DNA from: an uncultured Holophaga sp.
Lineage (GTDB): Bacteria; Acidobacteriota; Holophagae; Holophagales; Holophagaceae
Direction of reading: 5' to 3'
DNA length: 64,000 nucleotides
Assembly: GCA_963664825.1 (NCBI GenBank)
Contig: OY761614.1
Coordinates: 2,944,001-3,008,000 of the forward strand
This document shows, one piece after another, positions 40,935 to 51,500 of the stretch. Below the pieces are notes generated by a model that saw nothing but the letters and a program-made list of their open reading frames with translations, did not search any database and had not been told where the DNA came from. Made by a program: the position numbers and the translations under genes. The stretch's first letter is position 1; each line of letters begins with the position of its first letter.

Positions 40935-41624
40935 ATGATGGAGTGCACCGTGAGAGCTCGATATTTTGTTTCTTGTCTGAATTCACTTCTCCTCTCATGT
41001 TCCGTATTGTCTGCCCAGTCATTTGCTGTTCCACAAAAAAAATCGATTAGTGCATACATTGGATTCGAGATTTACCGATTTAGTAATGGTAAATTTCGTT
41101 TCGGTGCTGCGATAAACCATGGCAGATTTTCAACAGAGCAATACACGGAGGATGCCAAATTAAAGCATGAATACTATTATGAGTATACGACACTTTCGGG
41201 GGGGGTGTTGTATGGATCTGTTGATTGTCTTGATGACGTCGTTCGAAAGTGTTTCCGGGGTTCAATACCGACCACAGAAAGCGGGTCTGAATTTCGGATT
41301 TACCGAAATGGAAGCCTTTTTTATAGCTTCCAATCTACTGAGGATCCCATGCAGGTGATATGGAAGGAGATCGAACCGGGTCGGTTTCATTTTAAGTTCG
41401 ACCCACAGGATGAATTTTATCCAGAGGTCGTATGGAACGAGGGGAAGAGCGGATGTCGGGGGAGTGAGCATCTTCAACAGGACGGCACCTTTGTTGTCGA
41501 ACCTGGTCACCTGAAAGAGTCCGGTGTCCTGGTTATCGGTGTCGCCAAGCGGGGGCTTCGCTTCAAGCGCATCTTCATCCGGCCCGGAATCGGGGAGGTC
41601 CCCAAGCCTGATTGGGTGGATTAA
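40935..41624 (+). CDS. Hypothetical, probably secreted protein
   Basis: 4-nt gap after the giant gene; signal-peptide-like N-terminus. Confidence 0.65.
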   Translation: MMECTVRARYFVSCLNSLLLSCSVLSAQSFAVPQKKSISAYIGFEIYRFSNGKFRFGAAINHGRFSTEQYTEDAKLKHEYYYEYTTLSGGVLYGSVDCLDDVVRKCFRGSIPTTESGSEFRIYRNGSLFYSFQSTEDPMQVIWKEIEPGRFHFKFDPQDEFYPEVVWNEGKSGCRGSEHLQQDGTFVVEPGHLKESGVLVIGVAKRGLRFKRIFIRPGIGEVPKPDWVD

Positions 41625-42110
41625 GTCTCTGTGGGGCGAGATGCGCCACCGGCAAATTCCGCGCCAAGGGCTGTCCGTGGTTCACTCTCTCAAAGACCCA
41701 ATGCTGAAGCGGCTTCTCATAAAAAGAGGTGGGCTTTTACGTGAGGGTATACTGTGATTTCAACCCATGCTCTCCGTGCCGATCAGATCGGCCTTGGAGC
41801 CCTCCAGAGGCGGAATAACCAACGCTATGGCTGGTATGAAAATTGGGAAGGGATCAACAGGATGAGTCCCAACATTTCAAGTGGTACTCAGCTTTGGGGG
41901 CAGGCCAGGGGGTCGCGCTTCAGACTGCGCGACCTTCGTTCGGAGTCACACCTCATCGAGCCCAACCGCTCAGGCAATCCGGCGTACCCCAAAACCCTTG
42001 GCAAGGCCAATGGCGGCGGCCCCGATTTCTGAGGGCATGCGACACGGACCTATCTTGCCCTGCCGCCAGTCCTGGACCCGCAGTCTTCGCCCCACCGATG
42101 ACTATCCCAG

Positions 42111-43388
42111 CTAACGGCGAGCTCCCTTCGGAAGACCCAAGAGGTCTCCAGCGATTTGAGCTCCGATTTCCTCAGAGGCATTGGCCTTGGGATCCTCTGC
42201 AAGGTGTGCATAGCGCTGCGTCACAGAAGGCTGGCTATGCCCAAGAAGAGAGCCAACGATGGGAAGACTCAGCCCCTGAGAGACCCCCACGCTGGCGAAG
42301 GTATGACGGAGGTCGTGAATGCGAACATCCTCAATATTCACCATATCTTCAGTTCGTTTCTTTTTCTTCGCGACCTTTGCTGCTTCCAGCCTTGAAACAC
42401 TTTCGCGGACACGTTCCCACACCTTTTGAAGACCCACGAAGTGGGCTCCTGTCTTGTTCCCCTGGATCACAAAGGGGTTCCCGAGTGTTTGAGGGATTTT
42501 CCTGAGGATATCCACGGCTGGCGCGTTAAGCGGAATGACCTTGGAGCCTGTCTTCCTACCTGTCTTATGTTGATCAGCACTGAAGGTGATGACCTTTCTC
42601 TGCAGGTCAATCTGTGACCAGCGAAGTTCGATGATCTCGCTGTGCCTCGCGCCGGTGAGGATCAGTAATCGGATGGCGGCAAGGGCTGGTGGCGGAATGG
42701 TCTTTTCTGTTTCCGCCTCCAGAAGTGCCTCACCGAGAACTTGAAGCTCCTCCGGCCTCAGGAATCGCTCTCGTTTGCTCTCCGGATTCTTCTCAATGTG
42801 AATGCATGGGTTGCTTGAGAGCGCCCGGTATTTCCAGATCTCCGCGCAGTTGAACATTTTTCGAAGAATGGCCACAGCCTGATTCGCTTGACGTGGTGTC
42901 CCACGAAGATCGTGATGGAACTTTGCGATCTCCGCTGTCGAGACGTCCTTCACCAGGAGGTTGCCGAGCTTGGGCTCAATGACCTGGCGAAGATAGCGGA
43001 TATACCCCCTCGTCGTGCTCGCTTTCGTCTTGGGCTGAACATGCTCCTCGATGAATCTATCGATGAGCTCCTTGAGCATCGGAGCTGTGCGCTGAGATCG
43101 AATGTCGATGGTTGGATCGATACCCCTTGCGACCTCGCCCCTCCGAGAGTGTGCGAGTTTTCGCCCTTCCTCCAGGGTCAGGTCACCAAATCGCCCCAAG
43201 GTAATCCACCGCTGCTGACGGTTGATGGTGAATTTCAAGACGAAGGATTTCTGGCCAGAGGTCATTATGCGAACTCCAAATCCCGGCATTTCCTGATCCC
43301 AGATTGTGTAGACCTGGTCCCTTGCCCGAAGGCTATCAATCAGCCGTTTGGTCAACTTGGTCCGGTTCGAAATCTTTGCGTCTTCCAT
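42111..43388 (-). CDS. Tyrosine integrase with N-terminal arm-binding domain
   Basis: WD..MPGFGVR...G.KSF; catalytic TGARHSE, HDLRH, LLGH and TQRYAH; GAGGGA RBS (ORF open to 43421). Confidence 0.95.
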   Translation of the reverse strand: MEDAKISNRTKLTKRLIDSLRARDQVYTIWDQEMPGFGVRIMTSGQKSFVLKFTINRQQRWITLGRFGDLTLEEGRKLAHSRRGEVARGIDPTIDIRSQRTAPMLKELIDRFIEEHVQPKTKASTTRGYIRYLRQVIEPKLGNLLVKDVSTAEIAKFHHDLRGTPRQANQAVAILRKMFNCAEIWKYRALSSNPCIHIEKNPESKRERFLRPEELQVLGEALLEAETEKTIPPPALAAIRLLILTGARHSEIIELRWSQIDLQRKVITFSADQHKTGRKTGSKVIPLNAPAVDILRKIPQTLGNPFVIQGNKTGAHFVGLQKVWERVRESVSRLEAAKVAKKKKRTEDMVNIEDVRIHDLRHTFASVGVSQGLSLPIVGSLLGHSQPSVTQRYAHLAEDPKANASEEIGAQIAGDLLGLPKGARR

Positions 43389-43408
43389 TTCCCATCCCTC
43401 GGTCGACG

Positions 43409-43440
43409 ATGCTACAGCCATGCTACAGCCATGCTACAGC
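43409..43440. promoter_or_regulatory. Putative integrase arm-type sites (3 x 11 bp)
   Basis: ATGCTACAGCC ATGCTACAGCC ATGCTACAGC; TGCTACA also twice at 11-bp spacing at 18684-18701. Confidence 0.7.
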
Positions 43441-43560
43441 AAGGACCTGTTTCATGGGTTATCAAGGGTGGCCAAGTGCGGTCTAAAAATGTTTGCAAAT
43501 ATTCTTACAATTTGTGTTATACTTATTTTTCAAGGATGAAACCAGATGGCAGAAAAGAAA

Positions 43561-43607
43561 CTCATAATCCTTAGGTCGGCGGTTCGAATCCGCCTCCAGC
43601 CACCAGT
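43561..43607 (+). repeat. attR core (displaced tRNA 3' half)
   Basis: Identical to 18591-18637; followed by hairpin AAAGCCCCGA...TCGGGGCTTT. Confidence 0.93.
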
Positions 43608-43781
43608 GCAAAGCCCCGACACCACTAGGTCTCGGGGCTTTTCATTTCCGTTGAAATACCTTGCCTCTGACGAGTTTGGGATGGCGTTCAACGTCTGTAA
43701 GTATTGGAAAACAGGGTTCAATTGTGGGGTCAGTCCCAATACAGTCCCAATGGAAAACCCTGGGTGCAGCCCCCACGATAG

Positions 43782-44010
43782 GGAATTTGGACCAGATGGA
43801 AGGAGCTTGACACCACGACAGCTCTAGTAGAAGTCCTTCAGGATCAGCATGTTCTAACTGGGGGAAAAACCCCCAGTTTGGAAGTTCTGAAAACAAAGGA
43901 AGGTAGAAGCGGCGGGACGTGGGCCGTCCGAGGCTTGGCCCTGGCCTACGCCAAGTATCTTTCTCCTGAGTTCCATGCGGCCTGCCTGCGGGTCATTGAG
44001 GAGCGCATGG
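43782..44010 (+). pseudogene. KilA-N domain fragment
   Basis: WKELDTT...GRSGGTWA..LALAYAKYLSPEFH; in-frame TAG upstream and no proper start. Confidence 0.7.
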
Positions 44011-44036
44011 TGTTTCTCGGGACCGTTCACTTGGGC

Positions 44037-44510
44037 TCAGCGGGATCGCATTGGGACTGTATTGGGACTGGGAGGCGCGAAAGCCACGGCCTGAGCCTCT
44101 CGGATGTCATCCTCGACCATCTGGACGTATCGCTCGGTTGTGGCGATGTCCTTGTGGCGGAGCGCTTTTTTGATCGTGAAGGCGTTGACTCCGGCGCGGG
44201 CCATCAACGTAGCGCAGGTGCCGCGCATCCTGTGGGGTGTCAGGCCGACTACCCCGATGGCATTCCCGGCCCGGGCAATGGCCTTCTTGGTGAACTGTCC
44301 TTCATGGGGGATACCGAGTCCTGGCTGGGGTAGGACCCATTCGCTGTCCTTGGGCAGGAATTGTAATAGGCCCAGAATCTCTTCATGCACCGGCAGGGCC
44401 ACGGCCTCGAAGCCCTTGGTGTCGTCATGGGTGTAGGTCTTGTAGCCTTCCGAGAATCCTCTCCATTTTAGATGGAGGGCTTCTTCTTCTCGCAGGCCCA
44501 GGTAGAGCAA
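44037..44510 (-). pseudogene. Truncated tyrosine recombinase (catalytic domain only)
   Basis: GLREEE, HRMRG, LRH and TERYV motifs; in-frame stop a few codons upstream. Confidence 0.8.
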
Positions 44511-44616
44511 ACAACCCTTGGGGGGCTATGGGAGGCGCTCCTGGATATCGAAATCCGGGCCGATTTAGCGGCGGTGAAGGAGTGACCGTAGGCTGAGCCG
44601 TCAGAATGTTTGAAGT

Positions 44617-45156
44617 CTACCAATCATTCTGACGGATTCCATACGATTCATTTTGCCGCGCTACAGGCCTGTGGTAAGCGCCTTCTGGACAATGATGATG
44701 GCCTTCTCCTCTGGCCACGTCGTAGGCCATCTTGCTGCCCATGTTCGCCACGAAGTCTTGGATGGAGGGATAGAAGGCCTCGTGCGACTGATTGGAGGGA
44801 TTCTTCTCCAGAATATTGACCTCGATGATCTCGACCCGGTCAGCGTAGGTCCGGGCCAGCTCGGAAAGATGCGGCATGGCTGCCCTGCACGGGCCGCACC
44901 AGGTCGCCCAGAACTCCACGACGTAGAGCCGACCCTGCTCGAAGGCCGGAATGGGGTTGCCCTTCACTCATTTCACCTTTAGGGCGGGTGCCTGTGACCC
45001 GATCCCCAGGTTGTGAGCGGGGGGCTGACCTGGGGACGGACGGGCCCCAGGCCCCACCTTGGCAGTGGACTTCTCGGTGGCCTGCCATCCATTCAGCAGG
45101 GGCGCGGGCTGGGCGAGAAGGGACAGGGCGCACGAGAATGCGAGCGATCGGTGCAT
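44617..45156 (-). pseudogene. TlpA disulfide reductase pseudogene
   Basis: KVK*VKG (TGA where the paralog at 55352 has Trp); EFWATWCGPC; C-terminus truncated. Confidence 0.85.
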
Positions 45157-45336
45157 TATTTATCAGAATGCTGCACGGGGTGCAGAGAAGGGGGTGTCCG
45201 GGCTCCATGCCTGCAGTTTTGCCGTGCCCCCGGCGCGGCTTTACTCCGGGTGCACATCTCGCGGATACTCCGTCCCCGGACACAAGGGCGCCCCGGTACC
45301 CGGGGCGCCCTGAGGAATGGACTCGCCTGGAGGAAA

Positions 45337-48303
45337 TCAGAACTGCACGGAGAAACCTGCTGTGACGGAGCGCCCACTCTGCTTGGTGTAGACCAGGCCG
45401 AAGTTCGGATCCGCCTTGATATCAGACTGGTAGTTGCCTGTGTACTGGTTCAGGTAATAGCCCAGCACCGTCCTCTGGTTGAAGACATTGTTGATGGAGA
45501 TGTTGGGCTTGATGGAGCACGCCTTGTATTTGAGCGTGGCGCTCAGGTCCAGGTTCACCTGCAGCAGGGAGGGTGTGTAGCCCATGTTGCAGCGCTGGTT
45601 ATCCGTGGTGACCATGTCGGTCGCGAGGCCGCCAAAGGCTGTGCTGGCGGCATTGGCTTGCCACTTGGCACCCGCGGTCATGACCTTGGTGAGACCGATG
45701 CCGGACTGCCAGTTGGCCGTGAGTCCCAGGTTGAAATCCTGGCTCAGGATGCCGAAGCGGTACCCGCCCCGGGCCTTGAATTCGTGCACGGGGTTTCCCT
45801 CGTAGTTCCCGCCGGAGATTCCTTGCGCGTAGTCGTAGTCGGCGGTCCTTCCGCCTGCACCGAAGCCTTGCTGTTGGCCGGATTGCGCATATACAAGGTA
45901 GTTCTGGCTCTCCCCCAGGTAGTTGCCGTAGTGATGAGTCCAGGTGTAGTCCAGGGAGAGGTAGTGCCGCTCCCCATGGTTGGTCGCATGCAGGTTCAAA
46001 CCGATGTACCGGTCCTTGGGCGTGGGGAAGTTGCTGTTCCAGGTGTGCTGGACGCCGTTCGAATCCACGAAGGTCACGGGTCCAGGGCCGGGGTTCCAGA
46101 TGACCTTGGTGCCCTTCAGGCCGCTGAAGGCCGCGGATCCATCCCCGTTGAGGAAGTAGCTGTCCTCCATTACATCCTTCAGCTCCCAGAAGGTCCAGAG
46201 GCCGCCAATGGTCCAATTGTTCCGGAGGGTCCAGTCCGTCCCCAGGGTCCAGGTGTTCTTCCGGGGCAGCCGGAGGTCCGTAGCGTGGGGTTGGGGCTTA
46301 CCCTCGCCACCCGTGAGCATCATGGAGACGTCCGGAGTGTTCTTGAGGAGTGTGAAGGCCTTGCCCCCCGCATAGGTGGAATTGTAGGTCCAGCTGCCCG
46401 GGAACCACATGTCGTAGTAGAGCCCGCTGGTCTTGGCCCAGGTGATCCCCGCCATGGGCATGGCCATGAAGAAGCGGCCGAAGTGGGCGAACACCTTCTT
46501 CCTGCCATCCTGGTCCACGTCCCAGACCAGGCCAATGCGCGGCTGGAGCTGCTTGCGCAGGCTGTCGTACTCAGCTAGCTTCATGCCGTCATAGGGGCCA
46601 AAGGCGCCCTTGTAGCAGAAGGGGTCATAGCGGAGGCCAACGTCCATGCGGAGCCCCGGCAGGAGCTCGACCACATCCTTCAGGTAATGAGACTCAAGCA
46701 CGCCTGTATATTTGGAGTAATTGGCGCTCCAGTTCAATCGACGCAGGATACCGGAAGGGTCCAGGACGCTATTGTTGATGGAGTAGATTTCATTGGATCC
46801 TTCGGTTTGTTCCCACTTAGTATCTTGCCGCAAGTATCCAAACTTGATCTGATGGTTGCCAAGGCACCAAGTCAAGTCCATTCGATACTGGGTATTGGGG
46901 TTATCTCGGTGGGCGTACAGTGCAGTTCCGTTTCCTGTCTGATAACTAACATAGGCAGGGTTGCTGGGCTTGTTGGAAACGGCACTCCCTGGACCATCCA
47001 TAAAATACCTGGAGTCATAAACCGAAATCGAACGGGTCGCCCCGTCGAAAGGGGTGCTGGTGGAAGGGGTTTTGAAGTTACCCAGGCTCGCAACAACGAA
47101 GAGATTGGACGTCGGCATCCAATTCCAGGTCAGATTGACGGATTGACTGGCGCTTTCCCGGGATAAGCCCTGGTTCAGTGTGCCGTAGTCGCTGTATTGA
47201 TTGCCTGTATTTATCTTAAAATCGCTACGTGTGCCGCTCAGGATCAATTGATTGGTACTGTTGATGAACCAGTTCAACTTGGCTGTCCATTGGTTCGGAC
47301 CCGTTGCATGTTCGCTATCGGATTTCAGGCCATTCCAGTTCAGGCCCCCATTAAGGAGAGTCGTGGGCGGAGTCACATTCTTGAACCCCTGGTACCCCAG
47401 GAAGAAGAAGAGCTTGTCCTTCAGAATGGGACCACTGGCGGACGCGCCATAGCGGTGGTACTGGTTGCCATCCACGGGCTTCTTTTGGGGAGGAGTCGTG
47501 TTCGGGTTATAGAACGCCATCGCCTGGGAGTGGGGGAAGTTAGTGCCATAAAACAGGCTGCCTTCGTATTTGTTGGTGCCGCTCTTGGTCAGGGCATTCA
47601 CCACGCCACCGAAAACGCCGTATTCGGCGCCGAAGGCGTTGGTGACCACCTCCACCGATTCGATGAACTCCCGGGCCGGCTGGGTGGACGCCAGCTCGGA
47701 ACCCGCGCTTGAACCGTTTGTGGAAGTCTTGTTCGTCACCGTGCCATCCACGGTGAACAGGTTCTGGTCGTCCGTTCCGCCCATGATGTTGAAGGCGCCC
47801 GTATAGGCCGTCTGAACGCCTGGCACCGAGGCCATGAGGCCATCCAACGCATTCAGGCTCGTCATGTCCATGGGGATCTGGGCCAGTCGCTCCGCGCTGA
47901 GGTTGGTCGCAACTTGGGTGGTCGTTGTGTCCATGTTACCGGCTTCCCCCACCACTTCCAGGACCACCTGTTCCACGGGGAGCATGGAGAAATTGGCGAC
48001 CCTGGTGTCGTGGATCTCGACGCGCGTCTTCACGGTTCCGGTTTGGAAACCATCCTTGATGACCGTCAGTGTCCACTCACCTACATTGAGGAGGGGAAGC
48101 CGATATTCGCCCTTGCTGTTGGAAACGGCGTAGCGTTCCGTTTGGCCGGACTTGACCCGAAGCCTGGCCCCATCAATGGGCTTCCCGAATTTGTCCCGAA
48201 CCGTGCCCGTGATCGAACCCGTCTGCACGGACTGAGCATGCGCCGGGAGGCCCGCAACCAGGAGGATACCGATGGCGGAGAGGGTGGAAAGCTTGGTATG
48301 CAT
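45337..48303 (-). CDS. TonB-dependent receptor-like outer membrane protein (Oar type)
   Basis: Signal peptide; TGSITGTV.D; AEYG..GGVVN..TKSGTN; GPILKDKLFFF; QPRIG..WD; C-terminal Phe. Confidence 0.9.
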   Translation of the reverse strand: MHTKLSTLSAIGILLVAGLPAHAQSVQTGSITGTVRDKFGKPIDGARLRVKSGQTERYAVSNSKGEYRLPLLNVGEWTLTVIKDGFQTGTVKTRVEIHDTRVANFSMLPVEQVVLEVVGEAGNMDTTTTQVATNLSAERLAQIPMDMTSLNALDGLMASVPGVQTAYTGAFNIMGGTDDQNLFTVDGTVTNKTSTNGSSAGSELASTQPAREFIESVEVVTNAFGAEYGVFGGVVNALTKSGTNKYEGSLFYGTNFPHSQAMAFYNPNTTPPQKKPVDGNQYHRYGASASGPILKDKLFFFLGYQGFKNVTPPTTLLNGGLNWNGLKSDSEHATGPNQWTAKLNWFINSTNQLILSGTRSDFKINTGNQYSDYGTLNQGLSRESASQSVNLTWNWMPTSNLFVVASLGNFKTPSTSTPFDGATRSISVYDSRYFMDGPGSAVSNKPSNPAYVSYQTGNGTALYAHRDNPNTQYRMDLTWCLGNHQIKFGYLRQDTKWEQTEGSNEIYSINNSVLDPSGILRRLNWSANYSKYTGVLESHYLKDVVELLPGLRMDVGLRYDPFCYKGAFGPYDGMKLAEYDSLRKQLQPRIGLVWDVDQDGRKKVFAHFGRFFMAMPMAGITWAKTSGLYYDMWFPGSWTYNSTYAGGKAFTLLKNTPDVSMMLTGGEGKPQPHATDLRLPRKNTWTLGTDWTLRNNWTIGGLWTFWELKDVMEDSYFLNGDGSAAFSGLKGTKVIWNPGPGPVTFVDSNGVQHTWNSNFPTPKDRYIGLNLHATNHGERHYLSLDYTWTHHYGNYLGESQNYLVYAQSGQQQGFGAGGRTADYDYAQGISGGNYEGNPVHEFKARGGYRFGILSQDFNLGLTANWQSGIGLTKVMTAGAKWQANAASTAFGGLATDMVTTDNQRCNMGYTPSLLQVNLDLSATLKYKACSIKPNISINNVFNQRTVLGYYLNQYTGNYQSDIKADPNFGLVYTKQSGRSVTAGFSVQF

Positions 48304-48580
48304 CAATGTCTCCTGTGGTCGCATGGGTGCGTAGCGCCTAGCGGTGGTGGGGACCCCGCGCGTGAAGCGTGGGGAGGGGGGATCGGCTTCACCTTGGACT
48401 CGTCCATCTTCGTCACGCTCTCGTCATGCCGGGTACCCCGGTTGAAATATTTGCGGGTACTCCGCCCTGGGGATCCGGGAACCCTTCGCCCGCCCCCTCC
48501 CTCCTCAAGGGGGGCGGCACCCCCCAAGGGTGGAGCCTTGGGGGGTGTGCTACGTTGGTCCAGGCTTGTCCTCGGATCCC

Positions 48581-51500
48581 ATGTTCTCGCTCAATCTCGC
48601 ATCACGCATTCTCCAGGAGGCTCGGTCCCGAGGCCTTGCGGGAGCCGTGCCTGAACAGGAAACTTCGACGGAAAGCGACAGTTGCAGGGGCCTCTACTGG
48701 GGAGCCCACCTAGCATCCCTGGTCGATGCGGGCCAGATGCCTGAGGAGATGCTGAACTCCCTGGCCTGGGATGCCATAGGGGGCGAGGCCGGTTCCTGGC
48801 TGGATCCCTTCTTTCCCGGTCCTGCCCCCATCGGCGATCTCCCGGGGATGGGAGACCGATACAGGGATCTCTCCTTCCTGGGTGAAGGGGCCACGGCTCG
48901 CGTGTACCGGGCCCTGGATACGCTGTTGCAGCGCCAGGTGGCCATCAAGGTCCTGAAGGATCCCGGCGGCTCCAGTCTCGTGGAAGCGCGGGCCCAGGCC
49001 CGGGTGGAACACCCCCACATCTGCCGGATCTATGAGGTCGGAAAGGGCTTCATCGTCATGCAGCTGGTGGAGGGACCGACCCTGGCGCACCTGGCCCCCG
49101 CGCTGGGCTTCGAGGACAAGCTCCGGATCATCCGCGACGTGGCGCTTGGTGTGCATGCTGCCCACCAGAAGGGATTGATCCACCTGGACCTGAAGCTGAA
49201 CAATGTCCTGGTCCAAACGGGTGAGGAGGGCACCCAGCATCCCGTTGTCAGCGATTTCGGGATGGTGCGAGGCGAAGCGTCCGATCCCGCCAGGGGGTGC
49301 CCCATGGGCACGCCACCTTACACCAGCCCCGAGCAGCTGGGAGGGGACATCGGCCGCCTGAGCCGTCGCACGGATGTCTATGGGCTCGGCGTCATGCTCT
49401 ACGTGCTGCTGGCTGGTGTGATCCCCTTCGAGATCCACACGTTCCCGGAGCTCCTGGATGCCATTCTGCATGCACCCCCGGTGCCTCTGCGTCAGCGGTT
49501 GCCCGAACTGCCCAGGGACCTGGCCCGGATCGTTCAGCGCTGCCTGGAGAAGGATCCCGAAGCCCGGTATGCGACCGCAAAGGAGTTTGCCGATGATCTG
49601 GAACGGTTCCTTCGGGCCGAACCCGTCGATGCCATGGGAGGAGGGCGGCTGTACCGCGCTGCCAAGTGGCTCCATCGAAACCGGAAACTTCGCTGGGCGG
49701 GGGGCATCGCGCTGGCCCTGCTGTTCGGTACCGCCGTTGTTATGGCCCAGCGCAATCAGTTCCTGGCTCAGCAGGCGGAGTGGGACCATCATTTCCAGAA
49801 GACCGTGGAAGAGATGCGCACGGCGCTGGATCAGACATACCGTCTGCCCCCCCATGACATCGAAGGGGAACTCCAGGGGGCGCAAGCCCTGCTGGGAACC
49901 CTTGATGGTGAGCGGGCCAGGGGGGGGCGTCCCGCCCAGGGACCCGCCTATCTGGCGCTGGGTCAGGCTCAGTTTCTGCTGGATGCCAAGGCCCCCATGG
50001 CCGTCACCTATCTCCAGAAGGCCTGGGACACCGGGTACCGGGTGGAAAGCGGGCGGGCATGGCTGGCCCTGGCCTTGATCCGCAGGTACCAGGCGGAACG
50101 AAGGGCGATCCTGTCGACGACTGCCGACGCCGACACCCAGCGGCTTCAGTTGGAGAGCTGCCGACAGCGCCTGCAACAGGCGCGCCGCCTGCTGGTGGGC
50201 CGTTCGGGGCCGGATCAGGCCCGGCTGACGCACCTCTTGGAACTGGCGGAGGCCGCAAGTAGCGACATCACCGACTACGACAAGCAAATTTATCTCGCCA
50301 GAACCTACCGGGCCCGGTTTCCCAATGACCTGGAGGGCATGCTGGAGGAGGCCGAGGCCCTGGGCGCGAAGGCGGACGACCTCGCCCAGAAGGCCGCCAA
50401 CTCTCCTGGAGTCTATCCGCCCCCCTGCGGTTCCCAAGTGGAACCGCTCCGGCAGGCGGCGGGCGATATCCTCCGGCAGTTGGCCCGGATCGCTCCCAGC
50501 CATCCAGGCGTGTACGCGGCCCTGGCCCAGTGGAATCAGAGGCAAAGCCAGTGGCCGACGGAGCGGACCCCCTCTTCCGCCCTGCTCTACGAACAGACCC
50601 GGAAGTGGCTGGATGCGGGGCTGACCGTCTGTCCTCACTCTACCCAGCTGATTTCCCAGTACGCCATGTTCCTGAGCAACCAGGAGCTCCTGTATCGCCT
50701 GGAGCGCGGGCTCGATCTGGCACCGCTCAAGCACCGGATGCAGACACTGTTCCGGCTCACGCTCACCGAGGCGGGTAGGCTGAGCCACATGGAAGTCGCC
50801 GCAGCAATGTGCCAGTACATCCTCGCCTGCAGTGCGTTCGACAAGCCAGCCTCCTTCTCGCTTCCAGAAATCACGCAGGCCATGCTGCGTGACCCCGTAC
50901 CGACTGGCGGCCTGTCTCCATTGTTGTTCGGTCCCACCATTGGGAGGCTCCTCCTCGAGAGTGGCCAGGACCCCAGGCCCTGCCTTGGGGAGTTCCTGGG
51001 GGCCAAGGCGCCGGCAGACGACCTTGAATCGATCGCCTGCGCCAGCATGAACCTGATCCTGGCGGAGCATGCCTGGCTGACCGGCCAGGGAGCTGGCTCT
51101 TTCCTGGATGCGGCGGACCTCTGCCTGAAGACGCTGAAGCCCTATGCGATGCTCCGGGGCGAGCTGGAACTATCCAGCCGCCTCCTGCGGGCCCAGACGA
51201 CTGGGAGCGTCGAGGCCTGGACCCGCGTGGAAGAAACCATCGGTCAGATGGAACATGCCAGCTCCAACCAAGTCCTCACACAGGTCTACACCCTGGAAGC
51301 CAGGATCGCCCTGGCGCGGCGCCGCGTGGAAACCGGGCTGGACGCCGGGGCGCTCCTCAAGAACCTGAGGACATGTCTCGAGCATCTGGACACGGACAAG
51401 AGGATTCCTAAGGTTTACAGGGACCAGTGCATGGCCTCGGTCAGCCTGCTGGAGGCCCAGGGAGTCCCCAGGCCGGTCCCCTTGCTTCTGGAGGGCCTAG

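Larger units (their letters stand above)
18591..43607. mobile_element. ~25 kb tRNA-Met-integrated mobilisable genomic island
   Basis: 47-bp direct repeat of the tRNA 3' half at both ends; integrase next to the right repeat; relaxase, T4CP, RadC and replication genes inside. Confidence 0.92.

Noticed and set aside
42048..42060. ACCTATCTTGCCC as an RP4-like nick site
   Set aside because: Short match far from the relaxase operon; the 18.97 kb candidate fits better, though this one is not excluded
18638..43560. Prophage or self-transmissible ICE
   Set aside because: No capsid, terminase, tail or VirB-type genes recognised
43561..43605. Second tRNA gene
   Set aside because: Only the 3' half is present; it is attR
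44968..44970. In-frame TGA in a redoxin as selenocysteine
   Set aside because: It aligns with Trp (VKWVKG) in the paralog, not with the CxxC; the gene is also truncated
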